From Hypanus sabinus (lineage: Eukaryota), in the NCBI RefSeq assembly GCF_030144855.1, contig NC_082723.1, positions 38,874,001 through 38,938,000 on the forward strand: 64,000 bases of DNA, read 5' to 3'. Numbering within the stretch: the stretch's first letter is position 1; the number at the start of each line of letters is the position of its first letter. The position numbers and the translations under genes are program-made. Positions 51,690 to 64,000 of the stretch are shown here, one piece after another. The notes under the pieces were generated by a model, which worked only from the letters and a program-made list of their open reading frames with translations, searched no databases and had not been told where the DNA came from.

Positions 51690-53772
51690 AGTGTGGAGCA
51701 GTATTTCCCGAAGGATACAGTGTGGAGCAGTGTTTCCAGCAGGATACAGTGTGGAGCAGTGTCTTCCAGCAGGATAGAGTGTGCAGCAGTTTTTTTCCAG
51801 CAGGACAGAGTATGGAGTAGTGATTCCTGCAGGTTAGAGTGTGCAGCGTTTCTAGAAGGATAGTGTGTGGAACTTGTTTTCCAGCAGGATAGAGTGTCGT
51901 GCAGCATTTCCAGCCGGATAGAGTGTGGAGTAGTGTTTCCCAGCAGGATAGAGTGTGGAGCAGTGTTTCCAGCAGGATAGAGTGTGGAGCAGTGTTTTCC
52001 AGCAGGATAGAGTGTTGAGTACTGATTTCCAGCAAAATACAGTGTGGAGCAGTGTTTTCCAGCAGGGTAGACGGTGGAGCAGCGTTTCCAGCAGGATAGA
52101 GTGTGGTGCAGCATTTCCAGCCGGATAGAGTGTGGAGTAGTGTTTCCCAGCAGGATAGAGTGTGGAGCAGTGTTTTCCAGCAAAATACAGTGTGGAGCAG
52201 CGTTTCCAGCAGGATAGAGTGTGGAACCACATTTCCCAGCAGGATCGAGCGTGGAGCAGTGTTCCCAGCAGGATCGAGTGTGTAGTAGTGTTTTCAAGCA
52301 GGATCGAGCGTGGAGCAGTGTTTTCCAGCAGGATAGAGTGTGGAGTAGTGTTTTCCAGCAGGATAGAGTGTGGGGCAGTGTTTTCCAGCAGGATAGAGTG
52401 TGGAGTAGTGTTTTCCAGCAGGATAGAGTGTGGGGCAGTGTTTTCCAGCAGGATAGAGTGTGGAGCAGTGTTTTCCAGCAGGATAGAGTGTGCAGCAGTT
52501 TTTTTCCAGCAGGACAGAGTGTGGAGTAGTGATTCCTGCAGGTTAGAGTGTGCAGCGTTTCTAGAAGGATAGTGTGTGGAACTTGTTTTCCAGCAGGATA
52601 GAGTGTGGTGCAGCATTTCCAGCCGGATAGAGTGTGGAATAGTGTTTCCCAGCAGGATAGAGTGTTGAGTAGTAATTTCCAGCAGCATAGTGTGGAGCAT
52701 GTATTCCAGCAGGATAGAGTGTGGAGCAGTGTTTTCCAGCAGGATAGAGTGTTGAGTAGTGATTTCCAGCAGAATACAGTGTGGAGCAGTGTTTTCCAGC
52801 AGAGTAGACGGTGGAGCAGCTTTTCCAGCAGGATAGAGTGTGGAGCCACGTTTCCCAGCAGGATCGAGCGTGGAGCAGTGTTTCCAGCAGGATGGAGTGT
52901 GGAGCAGTGTTTCCAGCAGGATGGAGTGTGGAGCAGTGTTTCCAGCAGGATGGAGTGTGGAGTAGTGTTTCCAGCAGGATAGAGTGTGGAGTAGTGTTTC
53001 CAGCAGGATAGAGTGTGGAGTAGTGTTTCCAGCAGGATAGAGTGTGGAGTAGTGTTTCCAGCAGGATAGAGTGTGGAGTAGTGTTTCCAGCAGGATGGAG
53101 TGTGGAGTAGTGTTTCCAGCAGGATGGAGTGTGGAGCAGTGTTTCCAGCAGGATGGAGTGTGGAGCAGTGTTTCCAGCAGGATAGAGTGTGGAGTAGTGT
53201 TTCCAGCAGGATGGAGTGTGGAGCAGTGTTTCCAGCAGGATAGAGTGTGGAGCAGTGTTTCCAGCAGGTGGAGTGTGGAGTAGTGTTTCCAGCAGGATAG
53301 AGTGTGGAGTAGTGTTTCCAGCAGGATAGAGTGTGGAGCAGTGTTTCCAGCAGGATGGAGCGTGGAGCAGTGTTTCCAGCAGGATAGAGTGTGGAGCAGT
53401 GTTTCCAGCAGGATAGAGTGTGGAGCAGTGTTTCCAGCAGGATAGAGTGTGGAGCAGTGTTTCCAGCAGGATAGAGTGTGGAGCAGTGTTTCCAGCAGGA
53501 TGGAGTGTGGAGCAGTGTTTCCAGCAGGATAGAGTGTGGAGTAGTGTTTCCAGCTGGATAGAGTGTGGAGCAGTGTTTCCAGCAGGATAGAGTGTGGAGC
53601 AGTGTTTTCAGCAGGATAGAGTGTGGAGCAGTGTTTCCAGTAGGATGGAGTGTGGAGCAGTGTTTCCAGCAGGATGGAGTGTGGAGCAGTGTTTCCAGCA
53701 GGATAGAGTGTGGAGCAGTGTTTCCAGCAGGATAGAGTGTGTGAAGCAGCAAGTTTCCAGCAGGATAGAGTA
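51690..53772. repeat. Minisatellite, about 70 tandem copies of a 29-30 bp unit CCAGCAGGATAGAGTGTGGAGCAGTGTTT
   Basis: Directly visible tandem array; diverged left part with a duplicated block, homogeneous right part. Confidence 0.97.
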
Positions 53773-53799
53773 CACTTTCGTCAAGTTGTTGACCTTACC

Positions 53800-54690
53800 G
53801 TAGCAGTTGTTTTTGACTTCAGGAGAGTACAGAGCAACCATTCTCCTTTGAACATCGACGGCTCCTCGGTAGAGATCGTTAAGAACACCAGATTTTTTGG
53901 TGTTCACCTGGAAGAGAATCTCACTTGGTCCCTCAACACCAGCTCCACAGCAACGAAAGCCCAGCAGTGTCTCTACTTTCTGCGAAGGCTGACAAAAGTC
54001 CATCTCCCACCCCCTATCCTCACCACATTCTACAGGGGTTGTATTGAGAGCATCCTGAGCAGCTACATCACTGCCTGGTTTGGAAATTGCACCATCTCGG
54101 ATCGCAAGCCCTTGCAGCCTATAATGAGGTCAGCTGAAGGGATAATCAGAGTCTCTCTTCCCGCCATTACATTTACACCACATGCTGCACCCGCAAAGCT
54201 AACAGCATTGTGTAGGACTCCACACACCCCTCACACCAACTCTTCTCCCTCCTGCCATCTGGCAAAAGGTACCGAAGCATTCGGGCTCTCATAACCAGAC
54301 TCTATAACAGTTTCTTCCCCCTTGCCATTAGACTCTTCAATTCCCAGAGTCAAATCTGACACCAACCTACACACACATACTCAACTGATCCCCACTCCAC
54401 TCCTTCTGCAATTTTTGCTCATTTCTTTCTCAATTCCTGCTAAAACATTGTTTACATTGAAATTTACCTCTTTCATTATATTGTAATTTGCCCTTTACTG
54501 TGCCTTTTGTCTTGTTTATTAATTATTGCACTGCTTTGCTTTATGCAGTCCCGCGTAGGTCCGGAGTCTAATGTGTTGTTTCACGTAGGTTGTTTCATGT
54601 CGTACCATGGTCCTGGAGGAATGTTGTTTCGTTTTTACTGTGTATTGTACCAGCAGTTATGGTTGAAATGACAATAAAAGCAACTTATTT
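53800..54690 (+). mobile_element. Rex1/Babar-like LINE 3' fragment
   Basis: VFDFRR...FFGVHLEENLTWSLNT...KAQQCLYFLRRL...FYRGCIESILS...WFGNC; 3' UTR ending gacaataaaagc. Confidence 0.85.
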
Positions 54691-55059
54691 CAGAATGCAT
54701 CCTTGGGAATCTCCTATGCAGCTGCCCAGAGTATGGAGAATAGCACATACAGCTAGATGCAGCCACACACACAAAACTGACCATTAGGATGCAATCCACT
54801 TTGGATGTTCAGATGAAATGCAAGGTGAATAGGGTAACTGCTGGGGCTTGAAAATAGGCTGATTCATACCTGTGCCACAAACATGAACACCAAGAGCACC
54901 TTCCACCTTATAACCAGACCTCTTCCTGCCATCAACAGCGACCACTACTATTTTCCCAGCTTGCTTCATCATAGCCATTTGTTCTAACTAATTCTTGCCA
55001 CATTCTGTGGCTCCTCAGAACCAGAAGTCCACGGTCTCGGTTAAGTGGACCTAATGATA

Positions 55060-55310
55060 AAGGGAGCTGTTGTACCAGTTGCCAAAGAACTTACTCTTGC
55101 TGCAGTTGATGCTGGACTCCTGAGGCCAGTTCAGACTTGAAACATAAGCAGATCCATCCATGGACCAACAAAGAGTCTGAGCAGGAGGCAAAAATGTTTT
55201 CCATGTACAAAAAGGCTTGAACTTTAATGCCCCCGCTGCCCATGATTGTCACCCCTCGTGCCCTGATGGATTTGGCATAAGCATCAATCCAACACACAAG
55301 CAAGAATTTT
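55060..55310 (-). mobile_element. Tx1/L1-clade RT fragment
   Basis: SIR.RGVTI.GSGG..V.A.LYMEN (decayed YMDD)...ELASG, the Tx1-like RT core layout. Confidence 0.6.
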
Positions 55311-56834
55311 CAAAAGTCTTGATCCAATACAGATTAAACAGGGAAGCTTTTAGTTTTCCATCTGTTAATTTGGACTGTGTCACTGATGAAATATAACACA
55401 GTCATGTGCAGTCTTTTACTTGGGTGTACAAAATGCAATGAGCTGCTGTCACTGGATAATGTGGTACAACCCTGTGGTTGTTCACCTGGATGTGTACAAG
55501 TACCAGGGTAGTTAAGGCTACCCACATTTTGAAGGTCATGATGGATCTGCTTGCTGACATTCTTCAATGTTAAACAGAGCAACTCAGGCAAACATAGGGC
55601 AGCACAGTGGCACAATGCTTTACAGTACCAGCAAGCTGAGTTCAATTCCCGCCACTGCCTGTAAGGAGCTTTGTGTTCTCTCTGATTTCTCTCACGGTCC
55701 AAAGATGTACTGGGTGGTAGGTTAATTGCTCATTATAAACCGTCCCATGATTAGGCTACAGTTAAATCAGGGGTTGCTGGATAGTACGACTCAAAGGGCC
55801 TACTCCACATTATCTCAATAAATAAATATGTTACCCTCAGCAGCTTTCCCAAAGACATTCCAATGCTGGGCTCATGGGTGATTAGCAAGGGATTATGAAG
55901 TTGCAACACTTCCCTGCCATTTATAGCAGGAAATCTGTAGAAACAATCTAAACCAGAATTGGACGTTGCATACATTAGGGGGGGTTTTGGGGGGAATGTT
56001 AATTGTTAAAAACATCATCAGGGAAAAGGAATGAAGGAACGATGCTGGGCCAATAATCCTTAAGTATCAACAGTTGGATTACGTAGTCGTTTACACTAAT
56101 TCAGTCCCAATTTCCAATTGTCCAAATGGAGTTTGCACATTCTTCTTCTGGGTGTTCCAGCATCTACTGTGAAACATAGGTGGTGAATTAAATGACTACA
56201 TTGGTTACCACTAAAGTCGATGGATGCTAGAGGAAGAGCATGCAATCAACTCGTAAGTGAACAGATCACAAGAATTTATGAAACAAAATCAATGGATCGT
56301 TTGAGAGAAATTGTACAAACATAGCTTTCAATTGAAACGGGAAATGCTGGAAACACCATGTCAGTCACCATTTAATGGGAAGAGAAACAGATCTTTTATC
56401 ATAACTGGGAAAGAGGGAAAACAAGTTTCTACTAAAATGTAGATAAGAGAAGGATGGATTGGATAAAAGGTGATCTCAGATACGTGAGAACAAGATTGCT
56501 GGGGATAAGTTGTATAGGTCCTCCAGTCAATGGGGAGTTAGATGACAATGTTTTAAAAATAGCAAGGATGTGCTAACAGAGAGAGCAAAATAGATGCATG
56601 ATTTACAACTGCACTGGCCGGTTATGATACACATAAATAAATCACCTAAAGTTAGAGAATTTGTTTCAAAATTGGAAGACTGCAACAGGACCAGATGGAA
56701 GACAGGGTGTTGTTCTTTAATCTTGTATCTGGGCACATTGCAATCTTTCTTTCCATGGATATGGCCTGACCTGCGGAGTATTTCCAGCATTTTGTCTTTG
56801 CCTTTTCATTGGCTACATAGAACAGTTCATGTTC

Positions 56835-58150
56835 CAAGCCTTCCCCAGTAATGCTCCCCGATTTTTCCTTCGCTACATTGACAACTCCAGTGGTGCTGCT
56901 TCATGCTCATCGATTTCATCAACTTTGCCTCCAATTTCCACCCTGCCCTTAGAAATTCACTTAGTCCATTTTTGACATCTCTCCTCTATTTCTCGATCTC
57001 TCTGTCTCTGGAGACAAACTGTCAACAAGCATCTTTTATAAACCTACTGATCATCACCATACCTCTTCCCAGCTTGTCTCCTGTAAAATTGCCACTCTTT
57101 TCTGTTCCTTGGTCTCCACTGCTCCTGTTTCCACGATGAGGCTTTCATTTCAGAGATATCATCCTTCTTAAAAGAATGGCCGATACCCCTGCCCCCACCA
57201 TCGATGCTACCCTCACCCACATCCACTTCCTGAAAATCTACACTCACCCCATTATCCTGCTGCTTTAACAGTGATGAGTTCCTCTTGTCCATACTCATCA
57301 CCTCATGAGCATCTGCATTAAACACATAATTTTCCACAACTTCCATCTTATCCAAACATCCTACCACCAAAAATAACTTTACCTCGCCCTCCCAGCAGAG
57401 ATCGTTCCCTCCACGAGTCCTTTGTCCATTTGTTCCCCCCCCCACCACCCCTCCACATCCCTGCAAGAGGCTAGTGCTACATCTGCCCACTCACCTCCTC
57501 CTTTCAGGGCCCCAAAACAGTTCCTACAGGTGAGGCATCACTTCACCTGTGAAACTGCTGGGGTCATCTGTTGCCTCTAGTGCTCCCGATGTGGCCTGTT
57601 ATAGTAGTGAGACCCATCGTAAATTGGGGGACCACTTGGTCGAACTCCTCTGCTTCATCTGACAAAAGTAGAACTGCTCGGTGGCCAAACATTTTAATTC
57701 CAATTTCAATTCCTGTTCTGACATGTCAGTTCATGGCCTCACCTTGTGCCATGAGGCCACCCTTATGGCATGAATATCGATTGCTCCTTCCAGTTAAAAA
57801 AAAATTCCTCCCCCCTCTCATCTTCTACTCTCCACTCTGGCCTCTTTACCACTACCTATCATCTCCCTCGGTCCCCTCCTCCAATGGTCCATTCCCCTCT
57901 CCCATCAGATTCCTTCCCACTCAAGCCCTTTACCTTGCCTGCCCACCTAGTTCACTTAACAGTTTCTAGCTATCCTCCTTCCCGTCCCTCTCCACTTTTT
58001 TATTCTGGCATCTTCCCCCCTTCCTTTCCAATCCTGATGAAGAGTCTTGGGCCAAAATGCCGACTGTTTATTCATTTCCATAGATGCTGCCTCACCTACT
58101 GAGTTCATCCAGCACTTTGGATTTCTAGCATCTGCAGATCTTTTCCATGT
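56835..58150 (+). mobile_element. Penelope-like retroelement (family B): RT C-terminal half, GIY-YIG endonuclease and pseudo-LTR
   Basis: FRYIDN.SGAASC, FINFASNFHPAL, FLDLSVS, IFYKPTD, HFTCETAGVI, GMNID; pLTR with decayed hammerhead at 58029-58066. Confidence 0.85.
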
Positions 58151-58901
58151 TTATGATTTTTTGTCTTTATTGGATTTCCAGAAGCTAATTGATTTTCCCA
58201 TTTTTAATACTGTGTCTAGAGGTATGAGACAAATTCCACTAATCATCACTACACAAGATAGTTTAACCTTAACGGATACTTGCTCCTTTGCTCGTCTTCA
58301 TTTAATGTCCTCTCACTTTTCTTAGGTTCATAGACAGATACAGCATCAAAACAACTTTGGCCCATTAGTTAGCACCATCAACCACCATCCACACTAATTC
58401 TACATTAATCCCATTTTATTGCTCCCCACACTCACATTTACTGCTCCCAGATTCTACCACTTACTTACACATGAGGGGCAATTCTCAGTGGCAATCAGTC
58501 ACAACCTTCACAACTTTGGAAAGTGGGAGAAAGCCCAATCACATGGAGAACATGGAAACTCCACACAGACAGCACTCGGGAGTCAAATCAATTCCTGGTC
58601 TCCAGCACTGCAAGGCAGTAGTTCTGATAGTTGCACCATTGCCTCGGCTACATGCATTCCCTCTTCAAGCCCTTACATAATTCCTACAATATTCGTATGT
58701 TAGTCTACACATTTGAAGCTAATTTTCAGTGCACACCAATATTTATTCTTTGGAACTAACTTATCAAAAATGTCTCAGTTTTGAATCCCTCCTTCAAATT
58801 CTTCCTGAACAAGATAGCTTTGAACCCATCATTTCTCATAGCTAGAACTAGATGGCTTTGCACCCAAGTTAGTAGGTTTCAAATGGATTGCAGAACATCT
58901 G

Positions 58902-59385
58902 TACGAGGGCTGATTGACAAGTCCGTGGCCTAGGTTAGGAGGAGTCAATTTTAGAAAACCTAACACATTTATTTTTCAACATATTCCCCTCCCAAATGTA
59001 CACACTTAGTCCAGCGGTTGTGGAGCATACAGATCTCTTTGTAGAAGTGGTCCACATCAGGGGTGAATGATAAGTTCATAGCCTAAGGTAGGAGATGAGT
59101 TATACAGCTCTCGTTACACGCACATGCAGTTCGACTCTGAGTGAAAATGCAGAAAGTTTGAAGTTAATAACTCATCTTCTTCTACCTTAGGTGACAAACT
59201 TATCAATTACCCTATGCTGTGGACCACTTCTGGAGGTCCAAGACGCCAACTTCTACAAAGAAGGGATCCATATGCTTCACGACCGCTGAACTAAGTGTGT
59301 AAATATAAGAAAAAATAAATGTGCTAGGTTTTCTAAAATTGACTACGTCTACCTTAGGCCACAAACTTATCAATCACCCCTCGTA
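58902..59385. mobile_element. Palindromic mariner-derived MITE
   Basis: TA|CGAGGG..TGATTGA ... TCAATCACCCCTCG|TA; internal FYKEGIHMLHDR*TKCVN transposase C-terminal remnant. Confidence 0.85.
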
Positions 59386-59524
59386 TCTTGGCTGTGTACT
59401 TGTTATCCTGCTCCAGAAAACAGATGTATTTAAATGGGGAGGGCTTTTGGTGGAGGTGCAGTTACTGTCTTACAAACAAAATTCAATCCCGGCAAATAGT
59501 TAGGTGTTCCAGAATGCAAAATAT

Positions 59525-59530
59525 TTTATT
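59525..59530 (-). terminator. Probable distal SEC16A polyadenylation signal AATAAA
   Basis: AATAAA on the minus strand at the end of a repeat-free, AT-rich 1.1-kb 3' UTR; further AATAAA near 59989 and 60488. Confidence 0.5.
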
Positions 59531-60617
59531 TCATTTTACAGTGTGCATCCTTATAACATAAGAAAATAAACTCCTTAGGCAAGAAAACCTCTGAATTTGA
59601 AATATTGTGTAGTCTTCACAAGAGAATTCTTTGGAATCAAAAACAGGAAGATTGGAATACAGTTAAGACAGTGGTTCTGGGGAATCAGCTGGAGGCGTGG
59701 GTAAAGAGGGGAAAATCACATTAAAGGGCAGCTGAATTCATTCTGTACATCATGATTCCAAATTTGCACGTCATTTTCATGATGATTTTATAAGTTGCTG
59801 TCTGGCAGACAACTGAACATCTCACTTTAAGAACACTGTTGAATTTGAGGGACTGATCTTTTGAGGGCATCTCCCCCAAAGCCTCTCAAATAGTCTGGAA
59901 TTTCTAACCACCTCCTCCCATGTCCTGAGACACAATCTTCCAGAATAAGAGAGAGAGAGAACGAACTTCTATATTACATCTGCTAAAATTTATTCACACA
60001 GTACTCCAGATATTTCAAAGTATAATGTACAACAGGTGGCTCTGGCTATACAGTACTCTTTTACAACAGCCTTATATATATTACCTAAATACAAATGGTC
60101 GGAAACAATCTTTTTATCATTTCTATCCATTAGCCCTCCCGCAATGACCATTCCAAAACCTCCACAAAAAAAGTTCTCAAATACGTTTTGCTCATTTGAA
60201 AAATGTTACAGCCATCTTAAAATTTTGAGCTGGGCTTTTGTGGATGTGCCAACATCTGCTTATGCCAATTTGACATAGTAGACATTTTCGACATTTACAG
60301 TCACATTCAGGAGGTAAGTGTTTTCTTTTAAAAGCACAATCCAATGTGACCATAAACCCTCCAGCTTCAGCACCTTACAAGCTTAGATTTATTTAACTGG
60401 TTACATCTGGAAAAAATACAGCTTCATTTTCAGTCCTTCGAATAATTTTTTTTGCTCAAAAATGGTTCTGCCTGAAGCCCTTACAATTTATTGATTTTTA
60501 TCACACGTCCATCTGGTTTAATCATCTGTAATTGCAAATGCTAGAACACATCATCAGCATCTATTCCGTTAAGTGTTTTCAGTATTATTTATTCCAGGAT
60601 TTCTTCCAGGTTTTGTT

Positions 60618-61345
60618 TTATTTTAACGTTGGGTATTTTCTTTGCCCAAACCGTCCTGGCCTCAAAGCTGCAGTGCTGGCTGTGGGCTGGAAATCAGAGG
60701 TCAAATTGTCAATTAGTAACAAAGGTACAGATCATTAGACTGTTCTGTCATGTATTCCTAGGCAGGAATATCACCAGACCCAACGCAAAGTAAAGCCCCT
60801 CCTTACTAATCCTTCAAATTCTGACATGCAGGTACAAAGTGGATTTGACCTCTCTCTCTCCGCATTTTACCATCAAATAACCAGGTGAGTACAGGTTAAA
60901 GATAAAAGGGTTTTGGTTGCCTGTGCAAAAAAAAACCCTCGAGAGATGTCCGGGGGCAACAAGGTACATAGATTAGAGGAAGAGCAAGAATTTCCTCTCC
61001 CCCCCCCACCCAGAAATTGTCATTCCTCAGAAAGCAGAAGCCCTCACTGCATTAAAATATACTTCACACAGTGTAATCTTCAAGGGCTGGAACATGGGAA
61101 AAGGTTGAATTGATCTTTTGGCCATGATGCAATGATGGCCTCCTGTCTTGAAACTGAACATTAAATATTTGTAATGGTAAGTATTGCAAGAATTCAAAAC
61201 ACCATTTACTAACATTACTAATGCTTAAACAACAAAGCAAAACTTGATTTTTAACTGAAAGCAAATTACTTACTTGGGCAAACTGAGCAGGGTTGTAAAA
61301 CTGAACAGTTCCTTGAGAGAAGCCTCCCTGTGCAGGGGGAGGGAG
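60618..61345 (-). CDS. SEC16A: SEC16A, last two coding exons (61345-61274 and 60686-60618); gene continues right of the window
   Basis: LPPPAQGGFSQGTVQFYNPAQFAQ | PTASTAALRPGRFGQRKYPTLK*, resembling the SEC16A C-terminus (FYNPAQ...GRxGQRK). GT-AG sites, phase 0, syntenic position. Confidence 0.88.
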
Positions 61346-62349
61346 CTGCAAAACAGGTAAACGTTAAATACACCATTGCATCACAGCATAAGGGCATTTT
61401 AGCAGGATTTCTCATAGCCTCTACATCCCAAAGGCTTTACAGACAAGTGCAGCCACCTCTGGGGTCTCCAGCATGCCTTGGGTTTTATCCAGAGATTGTA
61501 ACAGAATGGAAAGAAGCATTATAGAGGGTCGTATGCTTGTCAGAGTAAAAAAGAAGTCATGGGTTCAAGTATAGTCATTAGAGTGAGGCTGAATACAACT
61601 TGTAATCACAAAAGCTAAACCTCACCAAAAGGAGGCACCTTCCTGACTTTTAATCAGGAAAGCAATGGGAAAGAAGCTCTCTCAATCAAGCTTTTTTTTT
61701 AAAAAAAAGATGATCTATTGAATGCGTAATGGATATGAGAGAAGGGACCACTGTCTGTCAGCTTGTTGACTGTGTATAGGAGAAATGTGCAACATTAGTG
61801 AACATCGCAGTAGTTCAGTAATGAGACCTCTTAGTGAATCAATATTTGAAACTTGGAAAAAGGGAGAGTAATGCATTATGAAATTTGGTTCCCATCCTGT
61901 TTTCTTTCCTTCAATCAAGTATTTCATTTTCTAATACTGAAGGAATTGTGGATGGGTGTGCACAAGAGACAGGATTACTCTAGTTTTCATTCTCTTTGTT
62001 GCAGGGACATTATAACACTGGGTCCTCAACCCTTAGGAAGTGTACAGAGCTGAGCATATAAAGGAGTGAGTCACAAAAGCTGGGTCTGAACTAGCCTCAT
62101 TCACCATTCTGTATCTGAAAATTGGTGAACACAAACGACCAGGGTTGTATTGGGGAAAGAAGTCAAATTTCTTTTGCCACAGCAGCTCGCAAATCCAAAT
62201 TAACGGTACAACACAGGATCAGGGACCAGCACACAAGGTTCACACCATCACCCATCTCATTTGGAATGCGTAGAACAGCGAAACATGGACCCAAGATATG
62301 AAGGGGAAAAACAAGCAAATATTAATGGTAAATGAGCATAAATAATGAA

Positions 62350-64000
62350 CTTACCACTCTTAGGAAAATTGGGCAAGGATAACAGATTTAGGGAACCTAA
62401 ATCAACCTAAAGACATTGAGGCCCTGGTTAAGAAAAAAAAAGAGGTGCATAGCAGGTATGAACAAATGGGGTACCCGAGGAGTATAAGAAATGCAAGAGA
62501 ACACTTAAGAAAGAAATCAGGAGGACTAAAAGAAGGCCCGAGGTTGCTCTAGCAGACAAGGTGGAGAAGAATTCTGAGGGATTCTACAGATATGTTAAGA
62601 GCAAAAAGACTGCAAGGGACAAAACAGTCCCCTGGAAGATCAGAATGGTAATCTATATGTGGAGCCAAATGAGATGGGAGAGATCTTAAATGGATTCTTT
62701 GCATCTGTATTACTTGGGGAATAGACACAGAGTCTATAGAAGTCAGGCAAAGTAGCACTGAGGTCCTGGGCCCTACCCAGATTACAGAGGAGTGTTTGCT
62801 GTCTTGAGGCAAATTAGGGTAGGCAAATCCTCAGGGCCTGATAAAGTGTTCCCAGGACCTTGTGGGAGACTAGTGCAAAATTGATACTAAATCACCCTTA
62901 GTGACAGATGAGGTACTGGAGGATAGCTAACGTTGTTCTGCTGTTTAAGAAAAGCTCTAAGAATAAACGAGGAAATTAATAGTCTGGTGAGCCTGACATC
63001 AGTTGTGGGAAGGTTATTGGAAGGTATTCTAAGGGGCTGGATATACAAGTATTTGGATAGACATGGACTGATTAAGAATAGTCAGCATGGCTTTATGTGT
63101 AGTAGGTCATGTCTAACCAATCTTTAGAGTTTTTCAAGGAAATTATCAGGAAAGTTGATGAAGGCGAGGCAGTGAATGTTGTCTACATGGACTTCAGCAA
63201 GGCATTCGACGAAGTCCCTTTAAGGAGGCTGGTCAAAATTTAATTGCTTGGCATTCAAGATGAGATGATAAATTGGATTAGACATTGGCTTTGCAGGAAA
63301 AGTTAGAGAGTGATAGCAGATGGTTGCCTCTCTGACTGGAGGCCTGAGACAAGTGGAATGCCAGATTGATCAGTGCTAGGTCAGTTGTTGTTTGTCGTCC
63401 ACATCACAGATCTGGGTTTTAATTGGGAGTGTAGTGGGCAGCGAGGAAAACTATCAAAGCCTGCGGCGGGATCTGGACCAGCTAGAAAAATGGTATATGG
63501 AATTTAATGCAGCAGACAAATGTGAGGTGCTGCACTTAGGGAGGACTAACCAGAGAAGGTCTTAAACAGTGAGCGGTAGGGCACTGAGGAGTGCCATAGA
63601 ACAAAGGGATCGGGGAATTCATTGAAGTTGCATAAGATATTGGTGAGGCATAATTTGAAGTATTGTGTACAATTTTGGTCTTCTATCTACAGGAAAGATG
63701 CAAATAAGTTTGAATAGGTTAGAACTTTATTCCCTAGGGCATAGAAGATTGAGGGTTGATTTGATAGAGGTATACAAGATAATGAGATAGGGTAAATACA
63801 AACAGGCTTTTTCCACTGAGGTTGGGTGAGACTACAACTAGAGGACATGGGTTAAGGGTGAGAGGTGAAAAGTTTAAGGGGAACATGGCAAATTGGAGGG
63901 TGGTTTGAGTGTTGAACGATTTCAAAGTTCAAGAGAAGTTTGGATGGATATATGAACAGGATGCTCATATGAATATGAATGGGTATGGAGAGCTGGAGCT
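62350..64000 (+). mobile_element. CR1 LINE ORF2 RT region, decayed
   Basis: VSLTSVVGRLLEGI, SQHGFM..RSCLTNL, VYMDFSKAFD.VP, FNA.KCEVLHLG, CVQFWS. Confidence 0.88.

Noticed and set aside
51590-53752. 720-aa ORF (and overlapping 194- and 282-aa ORFs) with repeating HTLSCWKHCSTLYPAGNTAPHSILLETLL, superficially zinc-finger-like
   Set aside because: It arises because the 29-bp unit lacks stops in all minus-strand frames. The same peptide cycles through all frames, indels shift frame freely, and there is no C2H2 spacing or splice/promoter support.
51690-53772. CRISPR-like array
   Set aside because: Units are head-to-tail with no unique spacers, there are no cas genes, and the context is vertebrate.

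Overview
Vertebrate genomic DNA, most likely from a cartilaginous fish (ray or shark). That assignment is inferred from the HE1/V-SINE-like SINEs and the CR1, Rex1/Babar and Penelope-like retroelement content. The window holds the gene block ENTR1/SDCCAG3 (minus strand, first three coding exons), PMPCA (plus, complete, 14 coding exons, 516 aa), INPP5E (minus, complete, 10 coding exons, 644 aa, with a probable non-coding first exon in a CpG island near 48 kb) and SEC16A (minus, last two coding exons). This is the same order and orientation I recall for human 9q34.3. All exons were traced by hand with GT-AG boundaries and consistent phases. Introns and intergenic DNA are filled with decayed and nested retroelements, several DNA-transposon derivatives and a 2.1-kb 29-bp minisatellite. 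The most notable observations are: (1) a family of minimal hammerhead-ribozyme motifs in Penelope-like pseudo-LTRs, three lying sense within the INPP5E pre-mRNA; (2) a three-way-junction fold and two tandem uORFs in the INPP5E 5' UTR; (3) an extra PMPCA intron splitting the equivalent of human exon 7; (4) a 93-bp palindromic ENTR1/PMPCA bidirectional promoter; (5) divergent ciliary-targeting motifs in INPP5E. Most short ORFs in the supplied track are spurious or transposon debris. Human comparisons are from memory, not from a database search.
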